Source: Gemmatimonadaceae bacterium
GTDB taxonomy: Bacteria > Gemmatimonadota > Gemmatimonadetes > Gemmatimonadales > Gemmatimonadaceae
Assembly (NCBI GenBank): GCA_044224875.1
Contig: JBGAJQ010000005.1
Span: 32,001 to 96,000 of the forward strand
DNA length: 64,000 bases
Direction: 5' to 3'
Part shown: positions 10,035 through 18,653 of the stretch, in pieces
Numbering within the stretch: position 1 is the first letter of the stretch
Layout of the letters: the number at the start of each line of letters is the position of its first letter
Notes under the pieces: model-generated
The model's input: only the letters and a program-made list of their open reading frames with translations
Database searches by the model: none
Told to the model about the DNA's origin: nothing
Translations under genes and position numbers: made by a program

Positions 10035-13000
10035 ACGGGTTGGTCCCGGGCCATGAGGGCGTGATACCGGGCAGCGAGTGGGGCGAAGTCGCCCTCGCTC
10101 AAGCGCGCGGCGAATGAGGCAACGTGCGGTTCGGCGGCGCGAAGGCCTGCCGTGGCAAATGGTTCGGCGACCTCCGCGACCAGCCACGCCGCACTGAACC
10201 AGTTGTTCCGGTCGGCCAGCTGCAACTCTTGGGCAAACATTCGCTCGGCCAGGTCGTGGTCGCCGTCGCGGAGCGCCACGCGTACCTGCAAGGCAGCGAG
10301 GGCGTCGCGACCCTGGAACCACCAGTCGCCGCGCTCGGCGGACAGCGCCTGCGCCGTGCGCAGGCACGCCTTGGCCTCGTCCACCCGGCCACTGGCCAGG
10401 CCGACGAGTCCCTGGCCGGCGCGGGCGCCGATCTCCAGGTCGCGGCGGCCGATGGTGGCGGCCAGTGAGGACACGTCCAGGTACAACTCGCGGGCCCGCT
10501 CGTAGTCCTGCCGCTCATGGGCCAACTTCGCCAGGTTGTAGGTGGCGGCTAGCCGGTGCGGTTCGTTGTGCACCAGGCGGAAGCGGCGCATGGCCTCCGA
10601 GAAGCAGGCATCGGCCTCCTCGTACCGGCCGACATTCAGCTGCAACACGCCAAGGTTGAGCGCCGCAAGGCCGGCGATGTCGGGGGCGTGGGTGCGGCGC
10701 GCCAGTTCCAATGCACTGCGATACTCGCGCATGGCGCCGTCGGCGTCGCCAAGTTTCGCCAGCGCGATCCCCAGGTTCACGCGGCAACGCGCCTGGGCAA
10801 CAAAGTCGCCGAGCGCTTCCACCGTGCGGAGGGCGCGCGCATAGCACTCGCGCGCTTCCGAGGTGTCGCCGTCCAACAGGGTGGACGCCAGCCGCATGAG
10901 CGAGTCGGCGAGGGGGCGCCGGTCGTCCAGGCGCTCGGCCGCCTCGACACTGGCGCGCGCCAACGTTCGCGCGGTCACCGTGTCACCCATCAGGAAGTGG
11001 GTGTGACAGAGCATGTTCAACAGCGCCACTTCTTCTGCCAGCTCACCGTTGGATCGGGCTTCCCGCAGCAACGCCTCGCAGGCGTCGCGCGTGTCCTCCA
11101 GCGGCTGACCGCGCAGGATTCGCAACCGCTCGCGCAGGCGACGCACCGGTAGCATGGAACCGCGCTCGCCACTGGCCACGGCGTCGGCGGTGATGACGTC
11201 GCAGATCGCTTCGGCCTCCTCGTACTTCCCGGCCAGCTCCAACGACTGGGCGTGCCGGAAGCGGGCGCGATTTGCCTCGGCGACCGTCGGGGCATGGCGC
11301 TGGGCCACGAGGAACGACGCCGCCGCTTCGTCGTGTGCGTAGACTGCCACGGCCTGTTCGGCGGCGCTGAGGGCGTACCGGAACGCTGCCTCATGCACAC
11401 CGGCGGCGTCGTAGTGCGCGGCAATCTCCGCCAAGGCGTTAGGCCGCCGGGCTACAAAGGCCTCGGCGACCCGCTCGTGCATGCGGCGCAGACGACGCGA
11501 GTTCACCGATCGCTGCACGGCATCCGCGATGAGCCCGTGCGTGAACGTGAACTGCTCACTGTCGCTCGTACCAACGGCCTCGATGACGTTGGCCTTGAGT
11601 GCTTCGTCGACGGCATCCAGCAACACGTCCTCCGACTCGCCACTGGCCACCAGCCACGTGTCGACGTCGAAGCTGCGCCCGATGACAGCGGCCAATGCGA
11701 GCTGCTGGCGTGCCGTTTCGCTCACCTTGTCCAGACGACGTGCGATGAGGTCGGAGATGGCCGTCGGCAACCGCAGTTCGGGATTCGGCTTCCACTCCCA
11801 TCGCTTTCCGGTGAACCAGATGCCCCCGTCTTCCTGCAGGGAGCGCAGGACGTGCACCACCAGGAGTGGGTTGCCTTCGGTGTAGCGATGCAGGAACCGC
11901 GGGAACTCCTGGTCCGCGTCGCCCTGATGGAAGATCACCTCGATCCACTGGGCAACGTCGGGCTCAGAGAGGCGGTGCACCATCACTTCGGCGAATCGTT
12001 CGTCGCGTGCCAGGCGGCGGCGCCGGTCGGTGATCGGGCCCGAGTCTTCCTCGCGGATCGTCAGGCAGATCATCATCCGCTCGTGTTCGAGCTGGTGGAG
12101 TACGTACTCCAGTGCGTCCCATGTCGACGCGTCGGCCCACTGCATGTCATCCAGCACGATCGTCAAGGGGACGAACGCGCTGGCCAGTCGCAGGTACTCG
12201 GCCAGCTCGGCGAGCAGGGCGTAGCGGCTGCCGGACGCGTCGGGGACGGTGGGGCCCTTGGCCATCGAGGGCACGAGTCGGGGCAGTTCGCGCCATTCAC
12301 GCGGTGGGACGACGCCCAGCGCGTCTACCTGCTCGACGACTTCGGCCCACGCGCCGTAGGGAGGCTTCACGTCGGCTTCGACGCAGCGCCCCATGAGCAG
12401 TGCCCCGCCTCGCAAGCGCACTTCTGGTCGAAGCTGACGGAGGAGGGTGGTCTTGCCGATACCCGCTTCGCCGACGAGCGCCGTGACGCACGGCGTCCCG
12501 GCCACCGAACGTTCCAGTCCCTCGATCAGCCGGCGCAATTCCCGCACGCGGCCCACGAAGCGCTCGAAGTTGAGTGAAGGGGCACGGCTGTCGCGGTCGA
12601 GGTCGCGGGCGGCACAGGCTCCGTTTCGCCCGGCGCGCTTGGCTTCGTAGAGCGCGCGGTCGGCCTCGGCAAAGAGGGCCTCGGACTGGTCGGCCTCGGC
12701 CGGCGCCGAGGCGACGCCAATGGACAGCGTGACGCCGATCGTGCCTTCGCGGCGCTCGCGCATGGCCAGTCGGCGCCCTTCGACTTCGCGACAGAGTCGC
12801 CTCGCCAGTTCCAACGCTTCGTCCGTGCTGGTGGATGGGAGGAGCACGACGAACTCGTCGCCCGCATAACGGCCAACGATGTCGCCGGTGCGCACCACAC
12901 TCCGGATCGAGTCCGCCACTGCCCGCAGCACGTCGTCGCCCTGCAGGTGGCCGAACGTGTCATTCACCAGCTTGAAGTGGTCGACGTCGAGTACCAGCAG

Positions 13001-14794
13001 CGAGGTCGGTCGCTCGGGCGTCGCAGACTCCAACGCGCGTTCGAGGGCACTGAGGAACGAGCGACGTAGCAGCAGTCCGGTGAGTTCGTCCCGCGCTTCG
13101 GCTTCACGCGGCGCTGCGGCGACCTGTCGTTCGGTGCGTGGTGCCGTTCGAGGTGGCGGCGGTGCCTCGCGCGTGATCTCGTCGAACAGGTCAAAGAGAT
13201 CTGGATCGAACTGGCGGCCCACGTCGCGGCGCATGACCTCGAGCGCCTCTTCGTGCGGCAGCCCGCGCTTGTAGCTCCGCTCGGACGTCAGTGCGTCATA
13301 GACGTCGGCGATGCATACGATGCGCGCCCACAGGGGAATCTGCGATGCCGCCAGTCCATCGGGATATCCGGTGCCGTCCCAATTCTCGTGATGCGAGCGC
13401 ACCATGGGCAGCACGTCGTACGGGAAGTCCACGTCCTGCAACATGCGCACGCCGGCCTGCGTGTGCTCGCGCATCAGCGACCATTCGTCGGACGTGAGCT
13501 TTCCCGGCTTGTTGAGGATCTCCGGCACGATCACCAGCTTGCCCACATCGTGCAGGAGCGCGCCGACGCGGAACCAGAACATGGCGCGACCATCCACACC
13601 GGCGCGACGCGCCAAGGCACAGGCGAGGTCGGCGACGCGCTCGCAATGACCCTGTGTGTACTGGTCCTTCGCTTCGATCGACTCACCCCAGCGCAACACG
13701 ACGGCGAGGAACTCACTTTCGAGGCGACGCGTGAGCTGGTCGACGTCGGCGACCGCGTGCTTGGCGCGCAGCTGCGAGAACAGGCGATGGGCGCTGTTCA
13801 GCGACGAGAGGAGTTCGCGGTTGCGTCCCTGTTGCCGGTAGAGTTCCGCCGTCTCCTTGGCCACCTGGGCCTGGAGGAGCACGTCCTCGCGGGTGCGCGC
13901 CAGCTCCATCGACCTCGTGAAGTGCTGCTCGGCTTTTTCCAGGTCGCCTTGCTCGCGCGCGATGACGCCGAGGATCTTCTCCGCCTCGCCGAGGACCGCC
14001 GCGTCGCTGCCGCGGTCGAGAGAGACGGCCCGCCGGCACCCCTCGCTCGCCAGGTCGAACGAACCCCGCCGCAGCCACATGTCGGCGGCATTGAGTTCGA
14101 TCATGGACCAGGTGGCGATCTCGCCTAACGCTGCGGCGATATGGAGCGCTTCCTGGAAGGCCCGTTCGGCGGCCGGCCAGTCCGAGCGCTCGGTGTGGAG
14201 CCGCCCGAGGTTGTTCAGCACGATGCAGATGTCGCGAGCCAGCCCGAGGGACCGGTAACTGGAGAGCGACGCATCGTAGTACCGGAGCGCGGCATCGTAG
14301 TCGCCGCGCACGTTGGCGACGACGCCGAGGTTCTGGGCCGTGGTGGCCGCCAGACGCGCGTCCGACGCGGCGCGCGCCACGTCCAAGGCGCGGCGATAGA
14401 GCTCCTGCGCCAGGTCCAGCTCCCCGCGCTGCCAATGGACCACGCCGCGCATGTTCAAGGCGTGCCCGCGCGAGACCGTATCGCCGCCAGCTTCGGCGAT
14501 TGCCTCAGCCGCCGTTAGGCAGTCGAGCGCCGCATCGTAGTTCGCCTCGAGTTGCCAGGTACGCGCAATCCAGCGCATGAGCGCGGACGCGCGCCCGGGC
14601 GTTGGCGCTTCGCGAATGCGCCACACCGCCAGCTCGTACGCGTCGCGTGCCGCCGCACTCTCGCTACGGCGCTCGAGCGCCTCGCCCTGTGCCAGTAGTG
14701 CTTCCCATGACAGGTCGTTGAGCGTCGTCACCGCAGGCACGCCATCCACCGTCGCCGTCGGAGGGTCGGCGACCGTGCGTTTGGATTCAGCCAT
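10025..14794 (-). CDS. Multidomain signalling protein: TPR - HD-GYP - GGDEF - AAA ATPase - TPR
   Basis: TPR repeats (NLGVV, NNLG); LLHDVGK and HHENWDGTGYPDGL; DVDHFKLVNDTFGHLQGD and RYAGDEF; FVGR..EL, GEAGIGKT, LDDMQWAD, GNPL; C-terminal TPRs. Confidence 0.9.
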   Translation of the reverse strand: MAESKRTVADPPTATVDGVPAVTTLNDLSWEALLAQGEALERRSESAAARDAYELAVWRIREAPTPGRASALMRWIARTWQLEANYDAALDCLTAAEAIAEAGGDTVSRGHALNMRGVVHWQRGELDLAQELYRRALDVARAASDARLAATTAQNLGVVANVRGDYDAALRYYDASLSSYRSLGLARDICIVLNNLGRLHTERSDWPAAERAFQEALHIAAALGEIATWSMIELNAADMWLRRGSFDLASEGCRRAVSLDRGSDAAVLGEAEKILGVIAREQGDLEKAEQHFTRSMELARTREDVLLQAQVAKETAELYRQQGRNRELLSSLNSAHRLFSQLRAKHAVADVDQLTRRLESEFLAVVLRWGESIEAKDQYTQGHCERVADLACALARRAGVDGRAMFWFRVGALLHDVGKLVIVPEILNKPGKLTSDEWSLMREHTQAGVRMLQDVDFPYDVLPMVRSHHENWDGTGYPDGLAASQIPLWARIVCIADVYDALTSERSYKRGLPHEEALEVMRRDVGRQFDPDLFDLFDEITREAPPPPRTAPRTERQVAAAPREAEARDELTGLLLRRSFLSALERALESATPERPTSLLVLDVDHFKLVNDTFGHLQGDDVLRAVADSIRSVVRTGDIVGRYAGDEFVVLLPSTSTDEALELARRLCREVEGRRLAMRERREGTIGVTLSIGVASAPAEADQSEALFAEADRALYEAKRAGRNGACAARDLDRDSRAPSLNFERFVGRVRELRRLIEGLERSVAGTPCVTALVGEAGIGKTTLLRQLRPEVRLRGGALLMGRCVEADVKPPYGAWAEVVEQVDALGVVPPREWRELPRLVPSMAKGPTVPDASGSRYALLAELAEYLRLASAFVPLTIVLDDMQWADASTWDALEYVLHQLEHERMMICLTIREEDSGPITDRRRRLARDERFAEVMVHRLSEPDVAQWIEVIFHQGDADQEFPRFLHRYTEGNPLLVVHVLRSLQEDGGIWFTGKRWEWKPNPELRLPTAISDLIARRLDKVSETARQQLALAAVIGRSFDVDTWLVASGESEDVLLDAVDEALKANVIEAVGTSDSEQFTFTHGLIADAVQRSVNSRRLRRMHERVAEAFVARRPNALAEIAAHYDAAGVHEAAFRYALSAAEQAVAVYAHDEAAASFLVAQRHAPTVAEANRARFRHAQSLELAGKYEEAEAICDVITADAVASGERGSMLPVRRLRERLRILRGQPLEDTRDACEALLREARSNGELAEEVALLNMLCHTHFLMGDTVTARTLARASVEAAERLDDRRPLADSLMRLASTLLDGDTSEARECYARALRTVEALGDFVAQARCRVNLGIALAKLGDADGAMREYRSALELARRTHAPDIAGLAALNLGVLQLNVGRYEEADACFSEAMRRFRLVHNEPHRLAATYNLAKLAHERQDYERARELYLDVSSLAATIGRRDLEIGARAGQGLVGLASGRVDEAKACLRTAQALSAERGDWWFQGRDALAALQVRVALRDGDHDLAERMFAQELQLADRNNWFSAAWLVAEVAEPFATAGLRAAEPHVASFAARLSEGDFAPLAARYHALMARDQPVQR

Positions 14795-15063
14795 CGCGCG
14801 TGGTTCGGGGCTGGGAAAGCGCTGGGAGGATTGGAGATGCGTCAGGTCCTTGGCGGCGGACCCATGTGTGATTCAAGGACGACTGCCCGTAGTCGCGGGT
14901 AAAGGGTTTCCGGCAACTCGCCCCGTGGCGAGTGGGGCCTACCCGGCCGCGCGACAAGTAGGGGAGGGAGGCCGTCAGGCCAGCCCTCACCGCGGGACGT
15001 CCCCGGGAAGCACCGGCGCGAGGCCAAGGGCCAGATTCGGGCGGGCGGCCGGCTTGAAAGCCG

Positions 15064-15095
15064 CACGCGGGGGCCGCTTTCGCGACCCCCGCGTG
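15064..15095 (-). terminator. Strong GC hairpin with GAAA loop downstream of the peptide gene (terminator or stabiliser)
   Basis: Minus strand reads CACGCGGGGG-TCGC-GAAA-GCGG-CCCCCGCGTG; only a weak U tract follows. Confidence 0.5.
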
Positions 15096-15158
15096 TCTTA
15101 CCTGCTGCTGTCGAGCGCTGCCCCCGCTCGGGGCGGCAGGTTCGGATCCTCAGGTTGT

Positions 15159-15230
15159 CTATGCCGAGATGACCAGGAAGCCAGCCGCGACAAAGAACGG
15201 GACCCAGCGACGGAAGCTATAGAGTTTCAT
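15159..15230 (-). CDS. Unannotated 23-aa peptide MKLYSFRRWVPFFVAAGFLVISA
   Basis: ATG 15 nt after the upstream stop with GGGA in between; basic N-terminus and hydrophobic C-terminus; followed by a hairpin; below the ORF-track size cut-off. Confidence 0.65.
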   Translation of the reverse strand: MKLYSFRRWVPFFVAAGFLVISA

Positions 15231-15245
15231 GTGTGGGGTCCCGGG

Positions 15246-15932
15246 TTAGAAGGCGACGACGTTGTAGCCGGAGAAGTGCCGCAGGTTGCGGAACACCCAG
15301 TACCCGGTTCCCATCTTGAGCGCATACGTCAGCTCAGACGCATCGGCCGCGCCTTCATCGACGCAGGTGCCGAAGCGGTTGCACCACGGGATCACCACGC
15401 GGCTGAAGTCGACCAGCGTCGGATCGTAGAAGTAGATCGACGGCATTGGGGCAGACGGCGAGAAGCGTACGTCGGGCGTGAAGTACGCGTACGGGCGACC
15501 GTCGTTGCCGGTCCACGAACGAACCGTGAAGGTGATCGACTGCGATGCCAGCTGGCAGGCCTTCAGCCATTCACCCGGGCCGTACGCCGTCGTCGCGGGG
15601 TCGCAGACGGTGTGGGCCGGAATCGCCACCTTGTCGTTCGCGCCAAAGCTCACAAAGGCGCCGACATTGGGGTCGATCGTGAACTGCTCGAACGTCGTAT
15701 CGCCAACCTGGCTGATCGTGACGCTCTTCTGCGGTAACATGCCAAAACGCGTGACAAAGTCGACGGCGGTCGGATCCCAGGACAGGATCGCCGCATCCGG
15801 CTTTGACGCCTGCAACGCGTTAGGCGACACCGTGGCAGCGCGCGGTGTCATTGGGCTGTCTGAACAAGCAGCCGTGAGCATGGCCACGGCGCCGAACAGG
15901 GCTGCAACGGGAAGACGTTTACGTACGGACAT
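15246..15932 (-). CDS. Hypothetical lipoprotein with C-terminal HFS motif
   Basis: GGAGA SD; signal peptide with lipobox LTAA-C; ends LRHFSGYNVVAF. Confidence 0.8.
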   Translation of the reverse strand: MSVRKRLPVAALFGAVAMLTAACSDSPMTPRAATVSPNALQASKPDAAILSWDPTAVDFVTRFGMLPQKSVTISQVGDTTFEQFTIDPNVGAFVSFGANDKVAIPAHTVCDPATTAYGPGEWLKACQLASQSITFTVRSWTGNDGRPYAYFTPDVRFSPSAPMPSIYFYDPTLVDFSRVVIPWCNRFGTCVDEGAADASELTYALKMGTGYWVFRNLRHFSGYNVVAF

Positions 15933-16299
15933 TCGGTATCTCCACGGCGAACGAGTGGTGGGACAGCGTGGGGAACAAGGCGACTGCGATTGGCGTCGTC
16001 TAAGGCAGCGAACGTGCCGCAGCGCACATGTCCGGTGCGTCCTGGATCGCCGGTGGCCGATTCGGACATGACGTCTGACGTTCGGTCAAAATGCCGCCCG
16101 ATTCGCGAATGCATGACCGATCACGCGAAGCCACATTTTTGCCGACGATCCATGAAGCTTTCAGGCGCCAACAGGCGAATTGCGGTGACCGTGGCACTTC
16201 GCATGGCGCCCGGCGACCGCTGCGACAAGCCGGTCGATGGGTTAGTTTCCCCCTCCGAATGCGGTACGAAATCACTTTCTTTCGCTTGTGCTATCCACA

Positions 16300-17256
16300 A
16301 TGCAGGAAACACTTTGGCCCGCTCGACATCCACGGCGTATCGTGATCGGAGCTCGGGCTCACGCGGAGCTGATTTCCGGCATTGCTTCTCTTCGTCCGGA
16401 CCTCGAGTTCCGCGGGGCGCCGCACATCTCACTCACGGCCGATGACCTCAGCTGGGGGGACGCGTACCTCGGCTTCAAGCGCCCACCGACTCCAGACTGG
16501 GGCAGGATCGGCTGGATTCACTGCACCGGCGCGGGGGTCGATTCCTTTCTATATGGTGAGTCGCTGCCGGACTCGATCCTCCTGACCAGAACGAGTGAGC
16601 CATTTGGTCCGGCCATCGCCGAGTTTGCGTTGTCCAGGGCGCTGGCCTTCACACAGAGCTTCCGCGCCGTAGAGCGCCAACAGCAAGCCCGCGAGTGGAA
16701 GTCCGTTGAGACGCGCATGCTGGCCGGGAGCAAGGTGCTGATCGTTGGAACCGGCGAGGTGGGGACGGCAATCGCCGACCGGTTCTCCGCGATGGGCTGC
16801 CGCGTTTGGGGCGTGTCGCGTTCTGGAACGGCTCGTCCGGGTTTCGAGCGCGTCGCTCCAATGTCGGCGCTGGAGATGGAAGTGGGCGACGCCGACTTCC
16901 TGATACTCGCGACGCCGCTGACTCGGGAGACTCACCACCTGGTATCCCGGCAGGTCTTGGCGGCGTGCCGTGAGTCCGTCCTGATCAACGTTGGGCGAGG
17001 CGCGGTGGTCGATGAGGCGGCGTTGCCCGAGGCTCTGGACTCCGGATGGCTCAAGGGCGCAGCGCTCGACGTATTTGACGTCGAGCCGCTCCCCACCTCC
17101 TCTCCGCTTTGGGAGCGCGACGACGTGATGGTGTCACCGCATGGATCCGGGCCCACCACGCTTCCCGCCGCAGTCGAGAGCTTCCTGGAGACCCTCGCAA
17201 GCCTCGAACGCGGGGAGCGTCCCGTGGGGCTCGTGGATCGCGAGCGAGGTTACTAA
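16300..17256 (+). CDS. D-2-hydroxyacid dehydrogenase (NAD-binding)
   Basis: GTGEVG, PLTRET, INVGRG, GAALDVF..EPLP, SPH. Confidence 0.88.
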   Translation: MQETLWPARHPRRIVIGARAHAELISGIASLRPDLEFRGAPHISLTADDLSWGDAYLGFKRPPTPDWGRIGWIHCTGAGVDSFLYGESLPDSILLTRTSEPFGPAIAEFALSRALAFTQSFRAVERQQQAREWKSVETRMLAGSKVLIVGTGEVGTAIADRFSAMGCRVWGVSRSGTARPGFERVAPMSALEMEVGDADFLILATPLTRETHHLVSRQVLAACRESVLINVGRGAVVDEAALPEALDSGWLKGAALDVFDVEPLPTSSPLWERDDVMVSPHGSGPTTLPAAVESFLETLASLERGERPVGLVDRERGY

Positions 17257-17260
17257 GGCG

Positions 17261-18649
17261 ATGCGCTTTGCCCTTGTGACCCTCGGGTGTGACAAGAACA
17301 CCGTGGACAGTGAACGCTACATCGCCGAACTCGAGGCCTACGGTGGAGTGGCGACGGAGTCACTGGAAGACGCGGAGGTGATTCTCGTCAACACTTGCGG
17401 GTTCATTGACGCGGCCAAGCGGGAATCGATCGAAGCCCTGGTCGACGCGGGGCGATACCGCACCACCAGCTGCAAGGCCGTGGTTGCACTGGGCTGCATG
17501 GTGGAGCGTCACGGGAAGGAGCTGGCGGATGCCCTTCCCGAGGTCGATCACTTTCTCGGGGCATCGCAGGGGGACCAGCTCGTCCCACTGTTGCGCGAGC
17601 GCGGACTGTTGCAGGGGACACGGATCCTGGACCACCCAGGAGTTCGGGTGTACAGCGGCGAGCTGCCCCACGTTCGCTACCTGAAGATCAGCGAAGGATG
17701 CGACCACGGTTGTGCCTTCTGCGCCATTCCGCTGATGCGCGGAAAACATCGCTCGTTTGGCCTGACGGACCTGATACGCGAGGCGCAGCTGCTGGAGCTG
17801 CAGGGTGCCCGCGAGATCAACCTGGTGGCACAGGACCTCGCGCACTACGGACGGGACGTGCGGGATGGCCGGGGCTTACCCGACCTCCTCACGTCGCTGC
17901 TGGCGGAAACGGAAGTGCCATGGTACCGGCTGTTGTACATCTACAGTGCCGGCCTCACCCCGCCACTGTTGGAGCTGATGGCGCGGGAGCCGCGAATTGT
18001 GCCCTACCTCGACATCCCGATGCAGCACGCCGCCGATCGCGTACTGGCCAGGATGCGCCGGCCGGAGCGACAGGCGACACAACGCGAACGGATCCGTAGG
18101 ATTCGGGAGATCGTGCCCCACGTGGCAATCCGCACGACGGTGATTGTCGGCTTTCCTGGGGAACGTGAGGAGGACGTCCAGGAACTCCTGGCGTTTCTCG
18201 AGGAGATTCAACTCGACCGTGTCGGCGTCTTCACCTACTCGGCGCAGGAAGGAACGAAGGCGTTTGAGCTGGATGATGACGTGCCAGAAGATGAGAAGCG
18301 CGAGCGCCAGGAACGTGTGGTGGCCCTGCAGCGTGTCATCACCTCCGAGCGATACGACGGGTACGTGGGGCGCACGGTGCGCGGGATCGTTGATCGCCCG
18401 GCGGGAGCCGACGGCTGGGCGGTCGCTCGAATCACCGCCCAGGCGGACGACATCGATGGGGTGACGCACGTGCAGAGTAACGCGCCCGCCGGCGCCATGT
18501 TGGACCTGCGTCTCGACGGCATCGTCGATGACTACGACTTCTCCGCGACGCAGGTTGCGCTGGTGTCCGCACCCTCTGTGCCTGCACCGTCGGCTCGAAC
18601 GCGTGCCCTGCCGTTGGCCTCCTCGTCCATCGGGACCTATGGGAGATGA
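17261..18649 (+). CDS. rimO: Ribosomal protein S12 methylthiotransferase
   Basis: TLGCDKN.VDSE, NTCGFI, radical SAM motif GCDHGCAFCAIP, IVGFPGE. Confidence 0.92.
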   Translation: MRFALVTLGCDKNTVDSERYIAELEAYGGVATESLEDAEVILVNTCGFIDAAKRESIEALVDAGRYRTTSCKAVVALGCMVERHGKELADALPEVDHFLGASQGDQLVPLLRERGLLQGTRILDHPGVRVYSGELPHVRYLKISEGCDHGCAFCAIPLMRGKHRSFGLTDLIREAQLLELQGAREINLVAQDLAHYGRDVRDGRGLPDLLTSLLAETEVPWYRLLYIYSAGLTPPLLELMAREPRIVPYLDIPMQHAADRVLARMRRPERQATQRERIRRIREIVPHVAIRTTVIVGFPGEREEDVQELLAFLEEIQLDRVGVFTYSAQEGTKAFELDDDVPEDEKRERQERVVALQRVITSERYDGYVGRTVRGIVDRPAGADGWAVARITAQADDIDGVTHVQSNAPAGAMLDLRLDGIVDDYDFSATQVALVSAPSVPAPSARTRALPLASSSIGTYGR

Positions 18650-18653
18650 GCGC

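Noticed and set aside
16192..16207. TGGCAC sites (also near 5103) as sigma-54 promoters
   Set aside because: The -12 GC is not at the required spacing.
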